Source: a virus
IMG/VR virus record: IMGVR_UViG_3300042301_003793
DNA: 64,000 nucleotides
Reading direction: 5' to 3' (one strand)
Part shown: positions 19,801 to 30,100 of the stretch, in pieces
Numbering within the stretch: position 1 is the stretch's first letter
How the letters are laid out: each line of letters opens with the position of its first letter
Made by a program: the position numbers and the translations under genes
Notes under the pieces: generated by a model
Database searches by the model: none
Told to the model about the DNA's origin: nothing
The model's input: the letters and a program-made list of their open reading frames with translations, nothing else

Positions 19801-22015
19801 CAGCAAAAAATGAATCCATAATAGAATCAACTTGTTCTGGCGAAAACTTATCTAATTGTTTTCTAATAATTGTGTTCATCATAGCAGGATGGTCAACCAC
19901 AATTTTCCAAGATATAGAACCAGTCCTTGTTGTATTTTTATATGTATGTATTGGTTCTGGTCTACCAAGGAACGATGTTGGGTTCCAGTTAGCTGTTGAT
20001 GAATCGCTAAAGGTTAAATCATATGGTGGAAACCACATAATTCTACCACCGTTAGGTCCTCTTTCACATACTGGTAAATCGTCATACGTAAACCCTGGTT
20101 GACTTGACGTTCTCCATGCAAGATTTTCCAAAGAAAACATATATTTTTTAACTTTTTGGTCAAATATGTTTGTTGATCCAGGATTTCTTAATGGTGCAAT
20201 GTTTAAATTATATGTATTATCTAATACTGAATAGTCAAATTTTCTACCAGAAATTGTAATACCGTCTGTTTTTTGTAAGTCGGCATAAGTTAAGTAAGGA
20301 GTATCTTTTTGGAAAACTCTACAATATTCTCTTCCGACTTCCGAACCTTCAATACCTATTGTTTCTGAATCAGTTACACTATCATAATAAGCAATTACTT
20401 GTGAACCTTTCGTCATTTCTTTGTATCCGTCATTAAAGACTTTGGATACTTGATTAATTGCGTTTCCTACGTGTTGTAATCTTTTTGCTCCCGTGACATT
20501 ATCGGCAGCATTAATTAATCTTTGTGTGTTATCTAAAATAGAACCACCTTTAAATTCAAAACCGGTTGATTCTGTATCCGCGTTAAATTCTCCTTTAACT
20601 GAGTCAAATTCCTTATCTTGTGGTTGTACTGGGTCACCACCAGGTGCAACCTTAAATCCTAAGTTATCTTTATATTTTGGTGAAACCCAAGTAAACTGCC
20701 CTGTAATCCCTCCTTGGTTTGAATATGACTTTCCGGCCAGACCAAATTTAATTTTATCTTCGTTTCCTTCGTAAAGTTTACCTAACGTGTCTGGACCATA
20801 AACTGGACTTGGTTGTTGGTTTCCAAATCTATCAACAGGAATTTCATTTGCTGGTGAATTTATTGATGACGGTTCAGCTTGACTACTACCAACGTAATAA
20901 CCACTACCACCGGCCTCTGTGTTTCCACCTAAGAGATTATTAATAGCGTCTGTTACACCAAGTATCAATCCCTTATCGTAGTTTGGTCTATAGATGTTAT
21001 ATTCAATACTTTTAAACAATACTGATTTTTGACCATAGCCTGTGTTTTCCAAAAATAAAACCGAAGGATTTTTAGCGTTTGGTAATAACGAACCTAAAGC
21101 ACCACCAGTAAGATTATTTACAACATTAAGAGCTCCTTGTGTTTGAGCATTTTGACCTTGTAATGGTTTTGTAAAGTAATCACCAGGTATTAATGATACC
21201 GGAAAATACGTACCACTTAATCTATTTGCAAAAGAAACAGCCGCTAATAACGGATTGTCTGGAACTGTAATTTTCCAATTTTTATTAATTAGTGGTTGTT
21301 GACCACTTGCAACAAGTGAAGCTTCAAATGGGTCTTGTAATGAATCTAAATTAACAATACTATTAATTGTATTATTAACCTCATCAGCAATTCTTTTTTC
21401 AAAGGCTTCTTTTAATTTTTTTGCACCAATCTGTGCTAGTAATGAATCTTGTGATAATGGTCCTGGTGTTCCAGTCGGATTTGAAGATGACAGAATTTCA
21501 AAAGGACTATAGATAGAATATAAAAAATTAATAGGTACTGATTGAAATACACTACCATTAGATGTTGCATATGGTGAAAAGTATTGTAGGTTATTAAAAT
21601 TATCTGTAATAATTACTAAATCTTTATAACCACTTTCTGGACCATAAACATTTTTTATGTATGCCGAATCAATATAAAATTCATTAACTAAATCTATTTC
21701 TGCATTGTCTTGTCCGTATTCACCTTGATTTGGTGTTACTGGTAATGGTTCACCATCAGTTGATATAATATTATTATAACCACCTTCTGGTCCATATTCA
21801 TTTAATGAATAAAGTTGGTTTGCTTGTACAGTAGTCCCAATTAAATCATTTGGTGAATCAATAACTGAACTATCATTCATTGGTGATACTTCGTAATTCA
21901 CATTTCCAGATGGTGGACTATAAGCCCCTGGGACATTATAGGGTGTTAAATTCCTACCCATTAGGGTATTCCTAAATGTGGCGGTTGAATTAAACGATAA
22001 TGAACTTTCAGACAT
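16865..22015 (-). CDS. Tail tube initiator / baseplate protein with an inserted OmpA-like domain
   Basis: Split tube-initiator motifs (ANWNPTSFLGRPEP...RTGSISW and PPILVLRVGDFY...PMIAKVSLSF) flank LQGSASA...NDNLSQRRNDSV and a Thr/Pro tract. Confidence 0.6.
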   Translation of the reverse strand: MSESSLSFNSTATFRNTLMGRNLTPYNVPGAYSPPSGNVNYEVSPMNDSSVIDSPNDLIGTTVQANQLYSLNEYGPEGGYNNIISTDGEPLPVTPNQGEYGQDNAEIDLVNEFYIDSAYIKNVYGPESGYKDLVIITDNFNNLQYFSPYATSNGSVFQSVPINFLYSIYSPFEILSSSNPTGTPGPLSQDSLLAQIGAKKLKEAFEKRIADEVNNTINSIVNLDSLQDPFEASLVASGQQPLINKNWKITVPDNPLLAAVSFANRLSGTYFPVSLIPGDYFTKPLQGQNAQTQGALNVVNNLTGGALGSLLPNAKNPSVLFLENTGYGQKSVLFKSIEYNIYRPNYDKGLILGVTDAINNLLGGNTEAGGSGYYVGSSQAEPSSINSPANEIPVDRFGNQQPSPVYGPDTLGKLYEGNEDKIKFGLAGKSYSNQGGITGQFTWVSPKYKDNLGFKVAPGGDPVQPQDKEFDSVKGEFNADTESTGFEFKGGSILDNTQRLINAADNVTGAKRLQHVGNAINQVSKVFNDGYKEMTKGSQVIAYYDSVTDSETIGIEGSEVGREYCRVFQKDTPYLTYADLQKTDGITISGRKFDYSVLDNTYNLNIAPLRNPGSTNIFDQKVKKYMFSLENLAWRTSSQPGFTYDDLPVCERGPNGGRIMWFPPYDLTFSDSSTANWNPTSFLGRPEPIHTYKNTTRTGSISWKIVVDHPAMMNTIIRKQLDKFSPEQVDSIMDSFFAGCVKYDLYDLAAKFNTIPVNQLYEYQKLLADPRLTDEEKYGILDEIPKSPEPQIDANSSGSDDGGISTGNNTNVSNNNGNGGTNTTVVSDQQQEMTNTELTEWEGYAFYFDNDYPFGSGSWETTVPNNQDYQYWYDIYLKRKTVYNSSSAPLKVSSGGDLFTRAQVIPFFDQVIIGNFQKIKNELLPKLKEIIVDQGGTVILELQGSASAPASVGYNDNLSQRRNDSVKKWFLKQKLGNDTIATLQSQGKVKFKYTASGEQFIIPQTNNGAGKGVNCTNNIKDVNLGYVTNESQWYSVPAMVCRRVGIGKIKVTKPVPTTTTTTTVPPPPPTTTTTTLPIPPITSVTTSTTTIDIVPIPPLVTPKPIDPAKKIKEGISKKVLRFLFSECDYFDLIKEDQPMVLASIQDKIKYFHPAFHSTTPEGLNARLTFLNQCVRPGQTIPVIGPDGKPKYNDARNTSFGTPPILVLRVGDFYHTKIVPTQLQITYDPLIYDINPEGIGVQPMIAKVSLSFDFIGGHGLAEPVAQLQNALSFNFYANTEIYDDRAVATDQSGKKNDEDFAKKLLSVKETPPPPVQVTSADVPDIITNTGGSTIGKILSTISFDNGEYEEGEIEYTDIFKELSDKTKNYFTTIFDQLKTVNDVTNYGFIQYFYKNVKYFSGKLAQYDDDEQFTEIFGKPTKVEDDVENIIRQTKNDVKDDKNPIIKKVINPNNYPDSAIRQLKNKLIDIITERLDELNETLIGPQNEITKYQEDYVQTFRKLDLVNHKIDGYRLDTGKFKVYNLQLPTPSPNPTPFNLIAENYQTNVSFILLDYITKLQSSNVLNEDVITDDYNFKPLLKSDSPLFKFSTAEEERFYLCMSSIFTDDARYKPFVESLMTELVKKNTLMEKDIRDICEKLKLLFVKEKETEIKLLKDFEDGPSYQTFKNYVIEPFETKMKYSTEKDNNYKDNEKLLKQTYSDNNINNDNNFNNKITFN

Positions 22016-22075
22016 TAATTTTAATTTTATTTATAAATAGATTATAAATAATTTTTTTGAAATGTAATTAAGTGT

Positions 22076-24106
22076 TTATTTACCCGCAGGTATAAGATTG
22101 TTTTCGTTTTGAAATTTGGTAATGTTCTGTATTAATGTTGACATATTGGTTTTATCACTGTAATACTTATTTAATTCCTCAGCTAAAAATGTACTTAAAG
22201 CTTGATTTCTTATGTTAGGATCCATTGTAACATTAACATCAACTTTATTTGTTAAATCAATCTTAGACTCTAATGGTTTGTTCTGAATGTTTGATGGTGT
22301 TGCTATATTATTATTTACAACATTATTAGAACTAACTGCATTATTAGAAGTGTTTATTGCTGTGTTACTTACACCGCTTGTTGCTTTTATACTTTCTTTT
22401 CTGAACAACGTTTCTAATTCTGGTGAATTAGTTTCAAAATCCTTTCCCATTTCTTCAAAAAATTGATCACTTGTAATTGTATTATAGGCCTTAGCTAATG
22501 TTTCGATTGTTGATGATGTTAAATCTTTTAAGTCTTGGACACTTTTTACACTTTTTATTTTGTTATATAGACTTTCAACTTCAGTTGTTACTCCAGCAAC
22601 TCTATCGCCTATCACACCTAAACCAACTCTTATATTTTCGGATTCTCTAAATTCATCTTTTACAACTCCTCCTGGTGATTCTGGAGCTTCAAAACCAGCT
22701 TTTCTAACACCAGTTGTTATTGCTTCATATCCAGTTTGCATTAGTGAAGTTGTTGCGGCACCAAAACCCATAGCTGTTAATGTTGCCGACATTTTTGCGT
22801 CAATTGCTTGTAAAGAAGAAAGTTGGTCAATTGCAAGTTCTTCCATAGATTTCCCTTGTAATTCTTGGGATTCTTTCAAAGATTGGATTTCGTTAACTTG
22901 TAAATCTGTAACTTCTTTCATTACATATTCACCAGTCCATTTATCTTTTTTTCCAGTTTTTTCGTCTACCACAAATTGTTTAACCTTAACTTCAGCAACA
23001 CCTTGTTTATTAATTTGTGCCATAGTTGCAATCATTTCCCTATCTTCTTTTGATGTTCCAGGTGAAAATTTGATTTGTTTCATTTTATAATCTAAGTTTG
23101 CCGCATTGATTGACATTTTTGCTAATTCACCACTTGTCATACCTAAAGCTTCAGCGACCTCTCTTAATCTTCTTTTTTCGCCTGGCATAATTTGAAACTC
23201 ACCTAAATTTTTATTAAAACTAACAAAATCTTTTGACATTTTTACAATTTGGTTTTGTAATTCGGCCGGGTCATTTGCTGATAAATCCATTAATTTTAGT
23301 GGATCGGTTAATGCACTTGTTTGAACACCTAACCTTTGTAGACCAGCTGCCATTTCTATTGCATTTTCTGGGTTAAAAACTTTTTCGGTTATTTCAAAAA
23401 TTTTACCCATATCTATACCAAGTTTGGATGACTGGGCGGACATTTTAGCTAAACCAGTAACTCCTCCTTGGAAATTATATAAATTTAATTTATCAATGTT
23501 TTTAACAACTTTGTCTGAAACGTCCCTTACGATAGCTCCAGATTCTTTTGCTACTTTTGTAACATCCATCATCTTATCTGCAACACCACTTAAATTAACA
23601 CCAACACCTCTAAATGATGATGCTAAATCTTTTGCACTAACACCAGTTACTTTAGCTGTTGCTGCTAGTTCAGCCATACGTTCATCACTAATTGATATGT
23701 TTGTCCCAAAAACAGCAGACAAATCGATGTATTGTTTTTGTACTTCACCAATTGATAAACCAAGTTCAGCAAATTTTGGGGCGCCGTCAGCAATTAATTT
23801 TCTAAATTCATCGGCTTTTTTGGTACCAGTTCCTAAAGCTTCATTAATTTTAGCAGTTTCTTGATCTAAAAATTTTAATCTATTTAGATTACCTTCTAAG
23901 GATAATAAATCAGTAACACTTGCTTTTATGTCAGCTACTACAGTTTTTACCGTTTTTTCAACACCTAAAACACCATTTTTAGCTGCTTCAGTTAAAAGGT
24001 TTGAGTATTTAGTTGCATTTTGTAGTGTTGATGCGGTTTCCAAGTCTTTATTTGCTTGTTCTAAATCAGCACCACTTGTTTTAGCTTTATTATCGTCAAA
24101 CATCAT
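22076..24106 (-). CDS. Tail tape measure protein
   Basis: 676-aa Ala/Lys-rich helical protein directly downstream of the tube and chaperone genes. Confidence 0.7.
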   Translation of the reverse strand: MMFDDNKAKTSGADLEQANKDLETASTLQNATKYSNLLTEAAKNGVLGVEKTVKTVVADIKASVTDLLSLEGNLNRLKFLDQETAKINEALGTGTKKADEFRKLIADGAPKFAELGLSIGEVQKQYIDLSAVFGTNISISDERMAELAATAKVTGVSAKDLASSFRGVGVNLSGVADKMMDVTKVAKESGAIVRDVSDKVVKNIDKLNLYNFQGGVTGLAKMSAQSSKLGIDMGKIFEITEKVFNPENAIEMAAGLQRLGVQTSALTDPLKLMDLSANDPAELQNQIVKMSKDFVSFNKNLGEFQIMPGEKRRLREVAEALGMTSGELAKMSINAANLDYKMKQIKFSPGTSKEDREMIATMAQINKQGVAEVKVKQFVVDEKTGKKDKWTGEYVMKEVTDLQVNEIQSLKESQELQGKSMEELAIDQLSSLQAIDAKMSATLTAMGFGAATTSLMQTGYEAITTGVRKAGFEAPESPGGVVKDEFRESENIRVGLGVIGDRVAGVTTEVESLYNKIKSVKSVQDLKDLTSSTIETLAKAYNTITSDQFFEEMGKDFETNSPELETLFRKESIKATSGVSNTAINTSNNAVSSNNVVNNNIATPSNIQNKPLESKIDLTNKVDVNVTMDPNIRNQALSTFLAEELNKYYSDKTNMSTLIQNITKFQNENNLIPAGK

Positions 24107-24132
24107 TGGAATCTATTTTATTGATAAATACT

Positions 24133-24285
24133 TTATTGTTGATTTTGTTCTGAAATTTTATCAATAACATATCTTCTGAAATATGTTGGCATAATCAGAT
24201 AATCACTATAAGAAAGTTTTAACATTCTAGCTAAATAGATATATTCGTCAATAAGTCTTAACTTATATTGAGAAGAAAGGCCGAA
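24133..24285 (-). CDS. Uncalled +1-frame extension (gp51-like / G-T-type tail chaperone C-terminus)
   Basis: Open +1 frame FGLSSQYKLRLIDEYIYLARMLKLSYSDYLIMPTYFRRYVIDKISEQNQQ* fills the 24107-24262 gap; overlaps the TTT TTT CGG site. Confidence 0.7.
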   Translation of the reverse strand, partial: FGLSSQYKLRLIDEYIYLARMLKLSYSDYLIMPTYFRRYVIDKISEQNQQ

Positions 24286-25033
24286 AAAATTCCACCCCAA
24301 AAGCAATAGATACTACTGCTCTTTCTCCAGACGGGGCTATAACTTCTTTTGATAGATCAAGTCTAGGTTCGTTTTCAAACATAAAGTTTCTAATATACTT
24401 AGAATCAGAAATAGGCATTGATTCAACAAATTTTGCAATATCACCTTTGTTTGTCTTTCCATCCAATTCAATAATAAGTTTGTTAAGTCTTAAAGTAACT
24501 GTTGGTTGGATTCTTCCTTGTGGGTATGAATCTAAGGTTCTTTCCATTTCTAAGTAGTCCTTCATAGTTAAGGGTTTTAATTTAACTGTTGATTTACTCC
24601 TAGGTAATGTAACAGTAAATGTACCGTCACTATCTGGTTCTACTGAATTTTTTTTAATGTTTAATTCATCAAGAACAATTGTTGCATCAAATAATTTTCC
24701 TGATTGTGGATCTGGAACTGAAACAACGTATTCTGGTCCAAAAGATGTATTTCTTAAAAATAAAAGAATTGCTTCCAAATCACCATCTAATAAGTCTTCT
24801 GGTCTCAAATCTGGTTCATATAATTTATTTCGTAATAAAGGTAATATCAATGTTTCTTTAATTGATTTATTACCTTCCATATTAACTAATATGTTTTCAT
24901 CGGCCGCCGTTAGATAACCAATTTTTACACTTTTCTTTTTGTTTGGATAGAATATCCCCCCAGATGGAAGTGGCACCACATCGTGTGGTAAATTAAAATT
25001 CATTTGGCCGTAATCATTAACATTAGTTTCCAT
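24263..25033 (-). CDS. Baseplate hub / tail assembly chaperone (T4 gp26-like)
   Basis: VPLPSGGIFY, YLTAADENIL, LLDGDLEAILLFLRNTSFG; ends GVEFFRPFFSI; lies between tube and tape measure. Confidence 0.75.
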   Translation of the reverse strand: METNVNDYGQMNFNLPHDVVPLPSGGIFYPNKKKSVKIGYLTAADENILVNMEGNKSIKETLILPLLRNKLYEPDLRPEDLLDGDLEAILLFLRNTSFGPEYVVSVPDPQSGKLFDATIVLDELNIKKNSVEPDSDGTFTVTLPRSKSTVKLKPLTMKDYLEMERTLDSYPQGRIQPTVTLRLNKLIIELDGKTNKGDIAKFVESMPISDSKYIRNFMFENEPRLDLSKEVIAPSGERAVVSIAFGVEFFRPFFSI

Positions 25034-25084
25034 ATTCTTTTTTTATTATAAAAATATCTTACTTATGTTTTTTGTAAATAAAAA

Positions 25085-25111
25085 ACCCACATAACCTAAA
25101 ATTATGTGGGT
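25085..25111 (-). terminator. Rho-independent terminator after the tail tube gene
   Basis: 10-bp stem acccacataa / ttatgtgggt followed by a T-run on the minus strand. Confidence 0.8.
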
Positions 25112-25133
25112 AGTAAATAATATTTGAAGTAAA

Positions 25134-25622
25134 TCAGTACACGAGTATACAACGGTCCATACGAAGTGTTGCTGAAATATCAGCTATTGCATCTTGTGAA
25201 TATGATAAAGAACCAAAATTTAAATCTGTCATAAATGTACCTTCTAAAATCCATTTTTCTACAACAACTCCAGTTGGATCTAACATTTCCAAATCTACAT
25301 TCTTTTTGTAACCAGCGGCATAACCCATACGACCAGTAACAGATTCAGCACATAGACGCATCCATTCCATTAGAGCTTGTGATGCTGAAGGTCCAATTGG
25401 ATCTCTAAATTTAACTGTAATTGGGTCCCAGTTAAATCTACCAGCAACATAAGTTGAAGTGTTTAGAAATTGGATTTCTGTTGAACCTACTTTAATTGAC
25501 GGTCTTGATGCACTTTCAACAAACCATTCGTTAATCCCCAAACTTGAAGGAAACCTAACGATAAACCTATTCTGTCTTTTCGGTTCGTACGGAACTGGCA
25601 TTTTCATTAATAAATCAGCCAT
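25134..25622 (-). CDS. Tail tube protein (gp19-like)
   Basis: YEPKRQNRF, ASRPSI, YVAGRFNWDPITVKFRDP, EKWILEG. Confidence 0.85.
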   Translation of the reverse strand: MADLLMKMPVPYEPKRQNRFIVRFPSSLGINEWFVESASRPSIKVGSTEIQFLNTSTYVAGRFNWDPITVKFRDPIGPSASQALMEWMRLCAESVTGRMGYAAGYKKNVDLEMLDPTGVVVEKWILEGTFMTDLNFGSLSYSQDAIADISATLRMDRCILVY

Positions 25623-25692
25623 AATTTTTTATTTTTTTTTAATGTTTATTTTTCTTTATTGATAAATATATGCTTATGAAAAATTTTTCTAT

Positions 25693-26661
25693 TTACTTTG
25701 ATTTAATTTTAAATATTATCCTATTAATAACACTTTCTAACATTAATTCATCTTCATTTTTATTTTCTTGATTGTTTTCAGTTTCTATTTTAATTTGTTT
25801 ATATCCTCCTTCTGAAGTATCATAAACTCTAAATTTTATATCTGGATACATTTTAGATAACTCATCTTGAATAAACTCCACCATTGCTTTAACATTTCTT
25901 GGGTCGTCATCTGAAAAACCTAATGAAGCACTAACATATTTCCCGCTTCTAATTAATTCATCGTATTTGTTAACAAAATCTAAAAGTGCTACTTTTTTTG
26001 CGTGTTCAGGATTTGCCGCACCCCCACTTGTGTCCAAACCAAATTTTTCTCCAAATTCTTCTGACGATACTGGATAATAATCACCTTTTTCATCAAGATA
26101 TAAATCAATTAATTGGTCTTGATTAAGTCTATTTAATTTTGTTATAAAATCTTTACTAAATAATTCTTCATGTTTAAACGTTGAAATAATGTTTTTAACC
26201 ATTTTTTCTTTTTCCTCTGGTTCGAAAACATAATCAACAAACATTCTAACACCTTTTCTAATTACTTTCGGGTCGTGTCCTCTTGCTGTAATTATTGAAA
26301 ACGGATTTGCGTAAATTAAATTTTCTTTAAATTTTTTAAAACTTGGTGCTGTTTTATTTTTTAATATTGCTTTTTTTGTATCTCTTAAAAAAGTATCTGG
26401 TCTTCTAAAATCCCTAAAAGCATCGTCATCAAAACCAACAATTATGTGTTTTTTATATTTAAAAGGTTTTGAACCTATTTGTGATCTATAGTTTGCAAAG
26501 TCTTCAGTAGACATTCCAACAACGCTACCTTCATCACTTTTTAAATAAATCTTAGTAGGCATTTCCAAAATATTGTCGTCCCAGTCAAAACCATATAATC
26601 TTAATCTCCTATCTACAGCAATTTCAAGAATAATATCTTTTACTAATTTTTTATAATTCAT
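25693..26661 (-). CDS. HAD-superfamily hydrolase-like protein
   Basis: Motif I FDWDDNI, motif II SIITARGH, motif IV GFSDDD; start reassigned to ATG 26661 (MNYKKL). Confidence 0.6.
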   Translation of the reverse strand: MNYKKLVKDIILEIAVDRRLRLYGFDWDDNILEMPTKIYLKSDEGSVVGMSTEDFANYRSQIGSKPFKYKKHIIVGFDDDAFRDFRRPDTFLRDTKKAILKNKTAPSFKKFKENLIYANPFSIITARGHDPKVIRKGVRMFVDYVFEPEEKEKMVKNIISTFKHEELFSKDFITKLNRLNQDQLIDLYLDEKGDYYPVSSEEFGEKFGLDTSGGAANPEHAKKVALLDFVNKYDELIRSGKYVSASLGFSDDDPRNVKAMVEFIQDELSKMYPDIKFRVYDTSEGGYKQIKIETENNQENKNEDELMLESVINRIIFKIKSK

Positions 26662-26690
26662 AGTAATAAATATTACATTAAATAATTTTA

Positions 26691-27053
26691 TTAACAATAA
26701 AAATTACCTTCATAATCACCACAATTCATATCGTCATATTTTCCTGTTGTAACACAAGCTGTAACACAACTTAAAACTTTAGTATGTGTTAGAATAAATT
26801 CTTCACTAAAACAACTAGGGCAATTTTTAGCGTTTTTACAATACTTATCTTCAAGACCCAAACAATTCTTTATGTAACAGTTTCTGAGATTACCGTCCAA
26901 AACAGCATAAGCACACCATTCAGCATTTTTTTCACCTGGGTATTTTTTATTTAATTCTTTTATTTTATTAATGTTATCGTTTGATTCACTTATTAGAACT
27001 CCTTTTACAATTTTTGTTAAATCTGATTCTGTTAGTCTTATGATTTTTTTCAT
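26691..27053 (-). CDS. Cys-rich hypothetical protein with N-terminal MKKIIRLTESDL motif
   Basis: 120 aa with about 10 Cys; TATTTATA motif upstream. Confidence 0.7.
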   Translation of the reverse strand: MKKIIRLTESDLTKIVKGVLISESNDNINKIKELNKKYPGEKNAEWCAYAVLDGNLRNCYIKNCLGLEDKYCKNAKNCPSCFSEEFILTHTKVLSCVTACVTTGKYDDMNCGDYEGNFYC

Positions 27054-27095
27054 AGTATTAATTTATTTTTATAAATATATTATTAATAAAAAAAA

Positions 27096-27112
27096 GGGGG
27101 TCATTGACCCCC
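27096..27112 (-). terminator. Rho-independent terminator after the sheath gene
   Basis: gggggtc-att-gaccccc with a long T-run on the minus strand. Confidence 0.8.
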
Positions 27113-27135
27113 ACTTTATAATAATCTTTAATTTA

Positions 27136-30100
27136 TTATACATCATCAAACGACGCACCAGTTGGTGTAATGTAGAATGTGATATCAATAAATTCTAAAG
27201 ACTTAGTTGGTTTAATGTAGATTTTACCTACCATTTGATTTTTATCCAAATCTTCAGTGTCGTTAGAAACTGTTACTCGGAAATCATATAAACCTCTATC
27301 TCTTCTTATTGAATCTAAAATTGGGTTAACCGCATTTAAGAAGTCTTGTCTTACTTGTTGGTCGTTTTGATCAAACAATAATCTTACAGACACAGCAGAA
27401 ATTAACTTACGCGCTTGTAACAACAATCTTCTTACGTTGATTCTATCAAGTGCTGATTCTCTTACTTGAAGTGTTTTGTTACCCCAGATTACTGTACCTA
27501 CATCAGCAAACGTAGCAATTGGGTTAATTCTTCCAAGATAAAGAACGTCTCTGTCTTCTTGTGTTAACTTCTTACGAGCTTTAATTGAGTTTACAATACC
27601 ACGAGTATAACCTGCTGCCGCAAACCAAGGGAATGCAATATTATCAGTAAGTGCCAAGTTTCTTGTAACCTCAGCCGTTGCTGGAATATAAATCTGTGTG
27701 TTGTTTACACTATCTCTTGTTAATACCCAAGGATAATAAGTTGCGGTATAGTTAGAATCAATTCCTGTTTCTTCTAACAAATCAACAGCTTCTTGTGGAT
27801 AGATAAAGTTATCACCTTCAGTTGTTGTTGCAACAAACATTTGGTAATCTGGCATTGTTGTAATATAAAGTGAATCTGCTCTTTCATTTTCAACCATATC
27901 AATTGTTGCTTCAACAAGATTATTATTATTATACAAATCAATACCTGGTGTTGTTAATATATTGATATTTACGGCTTCTGGGTTGGCAAATGTTCTAATA
28001 CCTAATAAGTAAGCATAATAATCTGTATTACCATATTCAACACTTCCATCACCGATTGCAATTTGTTTAAACAATCCATTTCCTTTACCTTTTGGATATC
28101 TTAAAGATGAACAAGCACCATTTAAGAATCCTGCTCTACCTAAAGTATATTTATCGGCATTTGTTCTGTATTCTCTATAGATATCCCAACCGTCAAATCC
28201 ACCATAAACCATGACTGTGAATTTTCTAGCGTTTAATCTGTAGTAAGGATCAGTTGGGTCTGTAGGTTCTGAAGAGAATGTGGCATCACCAACTTCAAAA
28301 GCCGAAGTACCGCTTGAAGCAAATGCTCCTGAAATTGTAATTCCACTAGCAAGTTGGTCCATATGGAAACCTTTGGTTTTGAAATCCCAATCAAATGGTT
28401 CTCCAGTACATAAGTTAAATGGTTTTCTTTTTCCTTTATATTGGAAAAAGTCAGTATCATAACCCCAGTAAGAACCTAAACCTAAATATGTTCTTCTAAC
28501 ATTATCTCCAGGACTTGTGAAAGCATCGTCACCACCACTAGATAAACCAAAAGGAGGGTTAAACACTAATTCACCTGGTGTGAAATATTTAGTTTTATAA
28601 ACTGGGAATGGTGATTTTCCGCCTGGATACTCTCTAAATGTATAACCTTCAAAACCACAAGGAATTGCATCTATCGGAGCATCTTCGTTAATCTCAACAA
28701 GAACGTATCTAGATTTCAATTCATATTCACCATCTAATGTACCAATTTTTTTAGCAATAAAATTGTTTTCTTGTGGATTCATAGAACAGTTTGTGAATTT
28801 TTCTAACACAACTGGATTAGCATCCGTATCAAAATAATCTCTAATTAAAACAGTAAACGTTTCGTTATTAAATGATAAGTCAGTAAATGATATTTTAACT
28901 TCTGTGTTAGCACTATTACCATCAGAAATTGTATATAGTTTAAATAAGTTATAAACTTTTGTACCTCTTAATTCTGATACAACCCAAGGTGTACTTGGTG
29001 ATTGGAATCTTTCTAAATAGTATCCAATACTGTTTAAATCATTACTTTGAGCACCTTCACTAACAACTAGTTCGGCATTTAAACCTCTAATATATCCTTT
29101 ACTCCAAGCGTAGTTAAGTAAATTTAAATATGATTCTTCAACCATTAATGGAACTTGAGTTCTAGGTTTTTCAAAATTACCGCGACCAAATACTTTGTTA
29201 ATATTTTTAGCGTCACTATTCGATAGTGAAACTTCAAAATCAAATTCTTTACCATCATAGTTAGTGACTCCAACACTAAATGGTAAGAATGGATTTTTAA
29301 GAACACCACTATATTGACCAGTCATATCAATTGTTACATCAGTTACACCAGTAACTTCATAAATTGGATTTGTTCCGTCAGAATATGGTGAAATACCTCT
29401 TGAGCGTAAAGTTGTAACAACTAAATCATCGTATTCAGTAAATGATGAACCAGTATAATAATAAATCATACCAACTACAGAACCTGTAAAACATACATTT
29501 GGTATTGGTGGTACTGTTGTTGTAGTGGTTACTGGTAAAATTGGGTCACAAACAAACTGAAGTGTAATTGTAACGTCATTAGGGTCTAATTCAGTAGGGT
29601 CACTCGAAACTAAATTACTTAAAGACCCTGTACCAGCTAATCTTTGATAATCATCATTAGGGAAACTAACAATAGTACAACCACTAACTTCACCAGCTTC
29701 GATTGTTACAGAATCACTAATTAATATTGGTAATCCACTTGTTACATCTATTGTTGCATCAAAGGATAATGTTACATCATTTGGTACTGGTAATGTTGAA
29801 GATAAACAAAACTGTACAACAATTGAACCTGGTGCAACACTAACAACTAAATTATAAGGACCAAAATTCCCAGTTGTTGTAGTTGTTGTTAATAAAAAAG
29901 GATTATTAAGTGGGTTACTTAAACTTGTATAAACATTTGTTTGCTGTAAATTGTCAACAGATGTAAAGAAAGAAAAACCAGAATATAATCCACTTCCAGC
30001 ATTTTGAAATAGTGCGTAATACCAAGAATCGTTTTGTGGTGAACTTGGATCTGAATTTTCAAAAACCACATTGTCAACCGCAAATACGTTTGTTTCAGCT

